Part shown: one piece after another, positions 31,858 to 40,441 of the stretch | Layout: each line of letters starts with the position of its first letter | Position numbering within the stretch: position 1 is the stretch's first letter | Origin: Pseudomonadota bacterium | GTDB lineage: Bacteria > Desulfobacterota > Desulfobacteria > Desulfobacterales > UBA2156 | Assembly: GCA_043806755.1 (NCBI GenBank) | Contig: JAZDGS010000013.1 | Span: 1 to 63,118 of the forward strand | DNA: 63,118 bases | Direction of reading: 5' to 3' | Notes under the pieces: generated by a model | Databases searched by the model: none | Seen by the model: the letters and a program-made list of their open reading frames with translations, nothing else | Told to the model about the DNA's origin: nothing | Translations under genes and position numbers: made by a program

Positions 31858-31995
31858 CGTAAAAAGTCGAAATTGGGATGGCAAAGTAAAAAGCTTCAGA
31901 TGCAAGGCACGCAAATCCTGAGGAATGAGGCGTACTTACAAGGTACGCCGCAATGACGAAGGATGCAGCGCAACGCAGCAGGTGGACTTTTTACG
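31858..31995. repeat. 138-bp element bounded by perfect 11-bp inverted repeats (MITE- or sRNA-like)
   Basis: CGTAAAAAGTC (31858-31868) pairs with GACTTTTTACG (31985-31995). Internal hairpin GGCGTAC-TTACAAG-GTACGCC (31929-31949). Confidence 0.5.
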
Positions 31996-32115
31996 AAGCC
32001 ATCAATGTTATGATGCAGATATTTCTGTTACCCATCATGCCATACACGATCCTCTTCCTACGCCTTGGAAAAACCTCTGCACGAAAGGATCTGGAGCGGT
32101 TTCGCTTCAGTCTGT

Positions 32116-32853
32116 CTAGGATTGGCTGGGCAAGTATTTATCGGGATTGACCGGAACGCCGTTGATCCGAATTTCGTAGTGGAGATGCGGGCCTGTGCTC
32201 CTTCCTGAATTTCCCACAAGGGCGATCTTTTCCCCGGCTTTAACCCGGTCTCCCGCATGTTTCAGGGCTTTTTCAATATGAGCATACCGGCTGATCATCC
32301 CCTGTCCATGATCGATTACAAGGACATTTCCAAGATCTCCTTCCCCTTGTGAAACGGTCACAACTCCATCGATCGCAGCCAGAACAGGCGTCCCTGGCGG
32401 TGCCCCGATATCGATCCCTTTATGAAACTCATATTCTCCGGTAAAGGGCGATTTGCGATAACCGAACGGAGAGGTGATTAATCCATCGGCCAATTTGATG
32501 CAGGAAGTCCGGAGCGCCGGAAATGTTTCCGATCGTTTATCCGGATGGACGAAATAGGGATTGGGCGCCATCATTTGTTCATGTGCATCGTGAAGAGCGG
32601 CTATATTAAAGTCGGAGATCCCGAAGCTCGGATCCACGTCCTCCGGCATGGATCCGCCGATCCCGAATACGTTTTCTTGGGAATACCGATGATCCGCTTT
32701 ATAATCGATATAAACAAAAAAACCGAAAGCCACGCAAAAACCCACAATCACGGAGATTAAAAATCCCGGTGCGTATTGTAACGGAAATATCCTTCTGATG
32801 AGATTCAGGATATGCTCCGGCAAACGAAAATCGATCTTTTTTCCCATGCGCAT
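32116..32853 (-). CDS. M23-family metallopeptidase, membrane anchored
   Basis: 245 aa. HKGIDIGAPPGTPV and GNSGRSTGPHLHYEI motifs. N-terminal transmembrane helix. Confidence 0.85.
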   Translation of the reverse strand: MRMGKKIDFRLPEHILNLIRRIFPLQYAPGFLISVIVGFCVAFGFFVYIDYKADHRYSQENVFGIGGSMPEDVDPSFGISDFNIAALHDAHEQMMAPNPYFVHPDKRSETFPALRTSCIKLADGLITSPFGYRKSPFTGEYEFHKGIDIGAPPGTPVLAAIDGVVTVSQGEGDLGNVLVIDHGQGMISRYAHIEKALKHAGDRVKAGEKIALVGNSGRSTGPHLHYEIRINGVPVNPDKYLPSQS

Positions 32854-32882
32854 TCGTTCCTCGGAAGTCTCGGCTATTCGAA

Positions 32883-33791
32883 TTAGGAGATCCCCAGTTT
32901 GAATTTAAGGGACTTCAGTGTATTTTTCATCAGCATGGTGATGGTCATGGGTCCTACGCCTCCGGGGACGGGAGTAATCCATCCGGCGATCTCTTTCGCC
33001 TTGTCGAAATCCACATCTCCTTTGAGGATCGCCACCTTTTTCCCGGTTTTTTCATTGATTTTTTCCCCAACCCGGTTGACGCCCACGTCGATGACGCATG
33101 CACCGGGTTTAATCCACTCGGGTTTCACCAATCCGGGCACTCCGGCGGCCACAATGAGGATATCGGCCCGTTTGCAATGAGCATCCAGGTGCTTTGTTGC
33201 GGTATGCACGATGGTTACGGTGGAATTGGCGCCTTTCCCTTTCTGGAGCATCATGTTGGCGATCGGTTTCCCGACAATGTTCGATCTTCCGACCACCACG
33301 ACTTCGGCACCTGAGGTTTCCACACCTGAACGGACGATCAGTTCCTGTATCCCTGCCGGGGTGCAGGGAGCAAACCTCACTTCGCTTCCCCCGATCATCA
33401 ATCGTCCGACATTGACCGGATGGAATCCATCCACATCCTTGTCCGGATCGATGGCGGTTAAGATCTTTTTTTCATTGATGTGCTTGGGAAGTGGGAGTTG
33501 GACCAGTATGCCGTTAATGGAGTCATCGGCATTATACTTGGCGATAAGGCCTAATAGATCCGCTTCGGAAATAGACACCGGCTGGCTGTCCTGTACCTCT
33601 TTAAACCCCACCCGGTGAGCGGTTTGGATCTTTAAAGTGACATAGGAAATGGAGGCCGGATTTTCACCCACCAGTATGGTGACAAGTCCCGGAACGACCC
33701 CGTATTTCTTTTTAATCTGAGCTGTTTCCGCGGTAAGTTCCTCAAGAATCTCCTCTCGAATCTCGGTTCCTTTGATCAGCTTTGCTGGCAT
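32883..33791 (-). CDS. folD: bifunctional methylenetetrahydrofolate dehydrogenase/cyclohydrolase
   Basis: ORF extends to 33911, but the FolD pattern starts at MPAKLIKGTEI (33791). VGRSNIVGKPIA and PGGVGPMT motifs. Confidence 0.9.
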   Translation of the reverse strand: MPAKLIKGTEIREEILEELTAETAQIKKKYGVVPGLVTILVGENPASISYVTLKIQTAHRVGFKEVQDSQPVSISEADLLGLIAKYNADDSINGILVQLPLPKHINEKKILTAIDPDKDVDGFHPVNVGRLMIGGSEVRFAPCTPAGIQELIVRSGVETSGAEVVVVGRSNIVGKPIANMMLQKGKGANSTVTIVHTATKHLDAHCKRADILIVAAGVPGLVKPEWIKPGACVIDVGVNRVGEKINEKTGKKVAILKGDVDFDKAKEIAGWITPVPGGVGPMTITMLMKNTLKSLKFKLGIS

Positions 33792-33965
33792 TCCTGTCCT
33801 CCTTTTGACGTATTGATGATACCCCTGATCGGGTTTTATTCCAATGTTGCTGAAAAGAATCTGAACGATGACCGCTCGGCAAAATGTACCGCTTTTGTAT
33901 TGAAAAATCATCAGGATGTCAAGTCACACTCGATTTCACAAAGCGAACTTTGGGAATTTGAGGAT

Positions 33966-35003
33966 TTAAATCGGATAGGGGACATGCAGAAGACCGGCGG
34001 TCTCTTTGAGATCCATCATGATATTCATGTTCTGAACCGCCTGGCCGGCCGCACCCTTAACCAGATTGTCAATCGCCGACAGTAAAATGATCCGATGATT
34101 GTGCCGATCCACCTTGAATCCGATATCGCAATAATTCGTTCCCCTGACGTGAAGCGTGTCTGGCGGCTGTCCGTCATCCCGCAGCCGGATAAACGGCTTG
34201 TCGCCGTAATAATCGGAAAAACACTTCCGGACCAACTCCGGCAAGACATCTTTCCTCAAAGTCGCATAGCTGGTCGTCAACATCCCCCTGGACATGGGAA
34301 CCAGGTGGGGGACAAATGTGATGTGAACCGGGGTTCCAAACTCGAAACCCAATATCTCCTCCATTTCCGGTGCGTGTCGGTGACGCCCGATATTGTACGC
34401 CTTAAACGATTCGGCGACTTCACAGATATGGGATTTCACCGATGGAGAACGTCCGGCACCACTGACTCCGGACTTGGAATCGATCACGATTGTTTCGGGA
34501 TCGATAAACCCTTCTTTAATCAATGGAATCAGAGGAAGAAGGGCGCTTGTCGGATAGCACCCCGGATTTCCAATCAGGTGCGCGGACCTGATCCGGTCGG
34601 CATAAATTTCGCAAAGGCCGTATACCGATTCCTTAAGCAATTCCCTGGCCGAATGCTCCTGGTAGGCCGATTCATAGGCTTCCGGATTTTTAAACCGGAA
34701 ATCGGCGGATAGGTCGATCACTCTTTTCCCTTTTTTCAGGATATCCGGCACGATTTTCATTGGAAGTTTGTGTGGGAGCGACACAAAAATCACGTCGGTC
34801 TTGTTGCAGACCTCTTCCAATACAAATTCAGTGCACACGATATCCACAGATCCGGTCATCGACGGATAGACCTTGTCGAAAGGGATCCCCACATACTGGC
34901 TGGATGTCAGTACCTCCAATGTCACATCCGGATGTCCGGCAAGAATCCGGACCAGCTCGGCACCGGCATAACCGGTAGCCCCTACGATTCCCGCTCGAAT
35001 CAT
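33966..35003 (-). CDS. argC: N-acetyl-gamma-glutamyl-phosphate reductase
   Basis: ORF extends to 35129. The ArgC pattern starts at MIRAGIVGATGYAG (35003). Active-site GNPGCYPT. Confidence 0.9.
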   Translation of the reverse strand: MIRAGIVGATGYAGAELVRILAGHPDVTLEVLTSSQYVGIPFDKVYPSMTGSVDIVCTEFVLEEVCNKTDVIFVSLPHKLPMKIVPDILKKGKRVIDLSADFRFKNPEAYESAYQEHSARELLKESVYGLCEIYADRIRSAHLIGNPGCYPTSALLPLIPLIKEGFIDPETIVIDSKSGVSGAGRSPSVKSHICEVAESFKAYNIGRHRHAPEMEEILGFEFGTPVHITFVPHLVPMSRGMLTTSYATLRKDVLPELVRKCFSDYYGDKPFIRLRDDGQPPDTLHVRGTNYCDIGFKVDRHNHRIILLSAIDNLVKGAAGQAVQNMNIMMDLKETAGLLHVPYPI

Positions 35004-35197
35004 ATCTCCTCCAAAAAGAGTATCCCTCTTAAGACGAAACGTTTTGATGAGGTGCGCTGATGTTTCGCGCATTAAAGTCTTGATATCAGAGTTTGTGAAA
35101 AATTCAAGACAAACCTGATGATGGCACAAACCTGAATTTGACTTTTTCTTCCACTTTTTTTAAGTAGTCGATAACCAAGGAGTTTGAGGGATAATGC

Positions 35198-35749
35198 ATG
35201 GATCCGGGCGATGAGATAGTCATGATTGTGGATGAGCGCAACCTTCCCATCGGCGCTGAAAAGCGCTCGAACATGCGGTTGATGAAGCGTTTTCATCGTG
35301 CGGTCTATATTCTGGTATTCAATTCCAGGGGAGAATTGTTTCGCCATAAGCGGACGGCCACCAAGGATATTTATCCGGGGTATTACGATGTTGCCGCCGG
35401 CGGGGTCGTCCTGGCTCATGAATCTGTTGAAGCGGCAGCAGCGCGGGAGCTCGAAGAGGAACTCGGGATAAAGGACGTCGTATTGAGCTCTTTATTCGAC
35501 TTTTATTATGAAGATGCCGGGAACCGCGTTTTCGGAAAGGCTTATGCTTGCATGTTCGACGGTGCCCTCCGGCTTCAAAAAGAGGAGATCGAATCCGGTG
35601 GTTTTTCCTCTATCGGGGAGATTTTCTCCTCGATGGACAATGAGCCGTACACGCCCGACGGCATTTATGTGTTAAAACGCTATCTGGAAGAAAAAACAGC
35701 ACGACCGGTCAGCCGCCCAGATACGCTTTCTTCACCTCCGGATTATTGA
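35198..35749 (+). CDS. NUDIX hydrolase
   Basis: 183 aa. Nudix box GGVVLAHESVEAAAARELEEELGI. Confidence 0.75.
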   Translation: MDPGDEIVMIVDERNLPIGAEKRSNMRLMKRFHRAVYILVFNSRGELFRHKRTATKDIYPGYYDVAAGGVVLAHESVEAAAARELEEELGIKDVVLSSLFDFYYEDAGNRVFGKAYACMFDGALRLQKEEIESGGFSSIGEIFSSMDNEPYTPDGIYVLKRYLEEKTARPVSRPDTLSSPPDY

Positions 35750-36233
35750 GCAGATCCGCCGATCGCCCCTCTAAAACAAGGGAGCCGTTTTCGAGAACAT
35801 AACCTCGGCTTGCAAACTGAAGAGCCATCCTCGCATTCTGTTCGACCAGAAGAATGGTCGTCCCTTCCTGATTGATCTCTTTTAGGGCATTGAACACGCT
35901 CATCATGAGAAGAGGTGCAAGCCCCATCGACGGTTCATCCAGCAGCATCAGCCGGCGTCCGCTCATAAACGCCCTCCCGATGGCAAGCATCTGCTGCTCG
36001 CCGCCGGAAAGAGTTCCGGATTTTTGATCCGCCCGTTCCTCGAGGCGCGGGAAAATGGAAAATACACGGCGGAGGTCTTTCTGAACCTGCTGATGATCTT
36101 TTCTCATAAACGCGGCCAGCTTGAGATTTTCCATTACCGTGAGGTTTCCAAAAAGACGGCGTCCTTCGGGGACATGGGAGATGCCCAGTTTACTCACCAC
36201 TTTGTCAAATGGGTGCTTTCCAACCCAGTTCAT
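35709..36233 (-). pseudogene. 5'-truncated LivF-type branched-chain amino acid ABC transporter ATPase
   Basis: Has LSGGEQQMLAIGRAF signature, Walker B LLDEPS, the H-loop region and a ...KKAYLGG end. About 60 N-terminal residues, including Walker A, are absent. Confidence 0.7.
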
Positions 36234-36737
36234 GCGCCTGTTGAACGATAAGTGCGACCTCGTTGTAATATTGAGGGGTGAAGATGAATTCAGCGCCGGA
36301 CTTCTTGATTTTGGTCAACTGGGAGCTGAAGTCTGTATCTTTGGTAGTAAAGCTTTCGTAGGCGACAACGGATCCCGGTCCCTGTAACTGTTCCCATGCC
36401 TTTTTAAAATATTCGGCCAGCCCCTTGGGGTAGTCGCTCGCCACGTCGTACAGAATAGCAGCCTTTTTAAACTTGTATTCCTGTTTAACGAAATTGGCCA
36501 TAACCGGCCCCTGGAACGGGTCAAGAAAGCACGACCTGAACACAAAGGGGCGGTCCTTGGTGGTAGCAGGGTTTGTCGACCAAGGGCTGATCATCGGTGT
36601 CTTGTAATTATTTGCCACTTCACCCGCCGGAATCGCCTGCTTGGAAGCCTGAGGCCCGACCATGACAAGAATCTCGTCTTCGGTGATCATTTTCGTGGCG
36701 ACCTTTACCGCCGATTCAGCCTTTGTAATAAGGCTTT
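36205..36737 (-). pseudogene. internal fragment of a LivK-type periplasmic amino-acid-binding protein
   Basis: Reading frame opens right after the stop of the upstream small gene (TKAESAVKVATKMITEDEILVMVGPQAS...). It has neither signal peptide nor C-terminal lobe and abuts the LivF fragment. Confidence 0.65.
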
Positions 36738-36743
36738 ATGGTT

Positions 36744-36950
36744 TTATTCCTTGAGATCGCCGATCATCTCCTTGAGGATCGCAAGGACGTTTTTTCCCCT
36801 CCGCGCTGCAATCTTATGGGCATCATCCACAAACCTGGCGGCAGACTCCTCTATTTGCTTATCATCCGGCATGGCGGTTTTCGCCTTTTGATACCGCCGG
36901 ATCAATAGCCGTTTGGCCAGTTGCACTTCCTGATGCCTGAAAAACCCCAT
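36744..36950 (-). CDS. small helical hypothetical protein (68 aa)
   Basis: ORF only. No recognisable motif. Confidence 0.35.
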   Translation of the reverse strand: MGFFRHQEVQLAKRLLIRRYQKAKTAMPDDKQIEESAARFVDDAHKIAARRGKNVLAILKEMIGDLKE

Positions 36951-37032
36951 AAACCCTTATGCCGACGCTGTTTGCTGTTCTTTCGTGCCGCTCAGATTCG
37001 TAGGTTCCGCAACATTTGCTCCCGAATCTTGT

Positions 37033-38439
37033 TCACAATTGCCTGACCTGAAGCATGTTCGTTGTCCCGGCAACCCATAAGGGATGCCCGGCGGTAAAGA
37101 CCACCCGATCTCCTGTTTTCACATATCCTGACGTCAATGCGATCTTTGCCGCCTTTTCAATCATCTCATCCATATCCTCTCCCCGATCAACGGTCAACGG
37201 AATGCATCCCCAGCAAAGGGCCAGCCGCCGATACACATTCGGATCGGGCGTGACCGCGATAATCTTCGTTTTGGGCCGGAAACGGGATATCTGTCCTGCC
37301 GTCGAACCCGAGTGGGTGGAAGCGATGATTGCGGCGGCATCGAGATCTCCCGCCAGCACGCATGCCGCATGAGCGACCGATTGGGAGATCCCCTGCTTGG
37401 GTAAAACCTCCAGGTGCCGTTCATGAGGGAATCCGGCTTCGGCGCTTTGGGCGATCCGCGCCATATACCGGAGGGCTTCTAACGGGTATTTTCCCACCGC
37501 CGTTTCCTCCGAGAGCATGACAGCATCTGCTCCGTCAAGGACTCCGTTGGCCACATCCGCGGCTTCGGCACGCGTCGGCCTCGGAGAATCCACCATGGAT
37601 CGGAGCATCTGGGTGGCAATGATCACCGGTTTTCCCAAGCGGTTGGACTGATGGATGAGCCGCTTCTGCAGAATCGGAACCTGTTCGAGGGGAAGCTCCA
37701 CCCCCAGATCTCCCCGTGCCACCATGATGCCGTCAGCCGCACCGAAAATCTCATCAATGTGGTCGATCGCTTCATGTTTTTCAATCTTTGCGATGACGGG
37801 GGTGGTTTTGCTGTTTTCGGCAATGATCTGTTTCACCTTGAGGATATCTTGCGCTTCCCTGACAAACGACAATGCGATGAAATCCACGTCATGACGAAGC
37901 CCGAAAAGCAGGTCATTATGATCCTTTTCGGTCAAGGAAGGAAGGGAGATTCTCCCCGTCGGCACATTAACCCCTTTATTGGAAGTGAGAAGTCCTCCGC
38001 TTAAAACCATGCAATGGATTTCATCGGGTGTGGTATGAATGACCTGGAGTTCCATCATGCCGTCCGCTAAAAGGATCCGGTCATTTTTTTTAACATCTCC
38101 CGGAAGATCGGCATACGAGACCGAAACACGGTTTTTGTTTCCGATCACCGGCTCAGAGGTCAGAATGAAGGATTGGCCCGCTTCCAGGCGGATTCCTTCC
38201 TCCGGCACCCTCCCTACCCGGATTTTCGGGCCGCACAGGTCCTGAAGGATCGCCACCGGTTTCCCGGCCTCTTCGGAAATCGTACGGATCGAGTCGATGA
38301 TCGCTTTGTGCCCGCCGTGGGTTCCGTGGGAAAAATTCAACCGGGCGACGTTCATCCCGTTTAAAATCAGATCCCTGATCATCTCCGGACGGTCACTCGA
38401 GGGTCCGATAGTGCAAACGATTTTGATTTTTAGATTCAT
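37033..38439 (-). CDS. pyk: pyruvate kinase
   Basis: KIVCTIGPSS, MNVARLNFSHG, MVARGDLGVE motifs. The start at MNLKIK gives an ATGA overlap with the holA stop (38436-38439). Confidence 0.92.
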   Translation of the reverse strand: MNLKIKIVCTIGPSSDRPEMIRDLILNGMNVARLNFSHGTHGGHKAIIDSIRTISEEAGKPVAILQDLCGPKIRVGRVPEEGIRLEAGQSFILTSEPVIGNKNRVSVSYADLPGDVKKNDRILLADGMMELQVIHTTPDEIHCMVLSGGLLTSNKGVNVPTGRISLPSLTEKDHNDLLFGLRHDVDFIALSFVREAQDILKVKQIIAENSKTTPVIAKIEKHEAIDHIDEIFGAADGIMVARGDLGVELPLEQVPILQKRLIHQSNRLGKPVIIATQMLRSMVDSPRPTRAEAADVANGVLDGADAVMLSEETAVGKYPLEALRYMARIAQSAEAGFPHERHLEVLPKQGISQSVAHAACVLAGDLDAAAIIASTHSGSTAGQISRFRPKTKIIAVTPDPNVYRRLALCWGCIPLTVDRGEDMDEMIEKAAKIALTSGYVKTGDRVVFTAGHPLWVAGTTNMLQVRQL

Positions 38440-39905
38440 CGGATTTCTTTCCGGCAAATCCCCAAGATCACCCTTTCAAGGACGAATCTCGGGTTTCGGC
38501 TCGTGGTTTTCAGTTGCCGGTCAGCCTCCCTTAGACTTTCGAGCGCTTCGAAAAGCATCTCTCTTGTGAACTTATCCGCGGCCTTAAACAGCATATATAC
38601 CGGATAGGGGTTTTGGGGATTCCGGATGATTCCCAAATCCGAAACCGGATTTTTTCCGGATTTGCCTTTTTTCCCGAAGCCGGAACCTGCCGGCAATGTC
38701 GTTATACCCCATTCCATAACGGATTCGGCAATTTTTTTATCGTAATTCAGGATATCGGGAATGACGCGCTCTTGAAAATAGGCAAAGTCGCAGCCGGAGC
38801 GCCAGGTTTTCCCTTCGCTGCCGGAGGTAAAATCGTTGACGACAATAAGCTTCCGGATTTGATTGACGATGGCGGAAAGGATCTGCATGGGATGAAAGTC
38901 GATTTTCAGGAGAGCATCCAGAAAAAAGAGGGCATTAAAGCTGTTTTTCTCCAGAATGGAATTTGTTAGTGAATAAATGGGGTCCTGCCTGGTTCGGGAA
39001 AGGACCGCCTCAACATCGGTAACCGTGATTTCAGGCCGGCTCCCCGAATAATAGATCAGCTTTTCGAGGCTTTGTTTTACAGTTTTCAGATCAAATCCGG
39101 TCATGTCACACAAGGCGGCAAACGCCTCCTTCCCGATGGTTTTGTTGGCAGGGGTCAACACCGAATTCAACACGTCCTTTAGAACCGCTTCTCGTTGCGT
39201 TTTTTCAGCATACCGCTCTCCCAAGGGGATGGTGCAGTCAATAACCGTCCCGTTTTGAAGGATGGTTTTAAAAAGCCCGGTGCGTTTATCCGCCCTTCCG
39301 GCGGTGATGATGAGGTGGTTTCCAGGTGGAAACCCGTTTTGGATGGCCCCTTCCAAAACCCTGGCGTCATTTTCGATTTCAGGGATCTTCAGATTGTTTT
39401 CCAGGCAGTAATCGATCAATGAATCGATCCAAGCGCCGTTTTCGGATCCTGCCAGATCGATCTTGACGGCTTTCCGGCGGCTCTCATCGCGGATATCTTC
39501 AAAAGAAATCCGGCTCACCGACATCCATTCCAGAAAGGATCCGGCTGCTGCTTTCATGTCGTTCGCATCAAAGGCGTCCTTTGCCTTCCGGATCGATGGT
39601 TCATCGTCGGTTTTGGAGGAAAAAACATTCGAATCCAGGATGGCGACCACTTTTTCCCTGGAAAAAAGGGAATAGGTGTTTAGCTTGGCGATCGCCTCAC
39701 GGATATTTCCCGAAGACCCGTCCACAGGTTCATAGGAATAGTTCCGGGAAGCTTCTCCCGTTTCCGCAGCAAGCCGGTTTAAAACAGCATCCAGGGCGGT
39801 TTTGCAAAGAAATTCATCCCCGAATATCAGGTAAACCGGCGACAGGTCCGATTCTTTGAGATGTTCGAGATAGGGTTTCAGATCTTTATAACCGATCGAA
39901 GCCAT
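38436..39905 (-). CDS. holA: DNA polymerase III delta subunit-like (long form, 489 aa)
   Basis: N-terminal PVYLIFGDEFLCKTALDAVL resembles HolA. Longer than the typical ~340 aa. Confidence 0.6.
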   Translation of the reverse strand: MASIGYKDLKPYLEHLKESDLSPVYLIFGDEFLCKTALDAVLNRLAAETGEASRNYSYEPVDGSSGNIREAIAKLNTYSLFSREKVVAILDSNVFSSKTDDEPSIRKAKDAFDANDMKAAAGSFLEWMSVSRISFEDIRDESRRKAVKIDLAGSENGAWIDSLIDYCLENNLKIPEIENDARVLEGAIQNGFPPGNHLIITAGRADKRTGLFKTILQNGTVIDCTIPLGERYAEKTQREAVLKDVLNSVLTPANKTIGKEAFAALCDMTGFDLKTVKQSLEKLIYYSGSRPEITVTDVEAVLSRTRQDPIYSLTNSILEKNSFNALFFLDALLKIDFHPMQILSAIVNQIRKLIVVNDFTSGSEGKTWRSGCDFAYFQERVIPDILNYDKKIAESVMEWGITTLPAGSGFGKKGKSGKNPVSDLGIIRNPQNPYPVYMLFKAADKFTREMLFEALESLREADRQLKTTSRNPRFVLERVILGICRKEIR

Positions 39906-39942
39906 TCGTCTATTTGCAATCGGCCCATGGTTCGGGTTGCAT

Positions 39943-40437
39943 CTAAAAATCCGGCATCTTCTTTAGAATCATCTGAAAGACCAAAATCCCGCCGCCGATG
40001 GTGACGGCGCTATCGGCGACATTGAAGGCCGGCCAGTGAAGATTTCCAACATAGATATCTAAAAAATCCACCACCCTTCCGAACCGGATCCGATCAATCA
40101 TGTTCCCGAACGCCCCTCCAAGGATGAGGGAAATCCCGAAGGAAAGAAGACGGTTCCCATCCGGCACCTTCTGATAGAGATAAAGGAGCATGCAAACGGC
40201 AATCCCGGCTCCGGCCAAAAAGAAAACCGGCTTTAATCCAAAGTGATGGCCGGCTAGAAAACCAAAGGCCCCTCCGGGATTCTGAATATGAACGATGTTA
40301 AAAAAGCCGTCGATCACCGGAATCGAATGGTAAAGGGAAATATGGAACCGGATCAGCGCTTTTGAAACCTGATCCATAATGACGACGGAGCCCGAAACAG
40401 CGGCCATAAAAAGCCATCTGGAGTGGATCGCCTTCAT
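39943..40437 (-). CDS. lspA: lipoprotein signal peptidase II
   Basis: ORF extends to 40587 into ileS. The LspA pattern starts at MKAIHSRW (40437). NPGGAFG, NMIDR and FNVADS motifs. Confidence 0.9.
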   Translation of the reverse strand: MKAIHSRWLFMAAVSGSVVIMDQVSKALIRFHISLYHSIPVIDGFFNIVHIQNPGGAFGFLAGHHFGLKPVFFLAGAGIAVCMLLYLYQKVPDGNRLLSFGISLILGGAFGNMIDRIRFGRVVDFLDIYVGNLHWPAFNVADSAVTIGGGILVFQMILKKMPDF

Positions 40438-40441
40438 CGGA

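Noticed and set aside
33792-33911. N-terminal extensions of listed ORFs (folD to 33911, argC to 35129, lspA to 40587, the 14940 gene to 15932, pyk to 38457, the transporter to 59143)
   Set aside because: The family-typical N-termini begin at internal Met codons. The extensions overlap upstream genes or lack similarity, so shorter starts were adopted.
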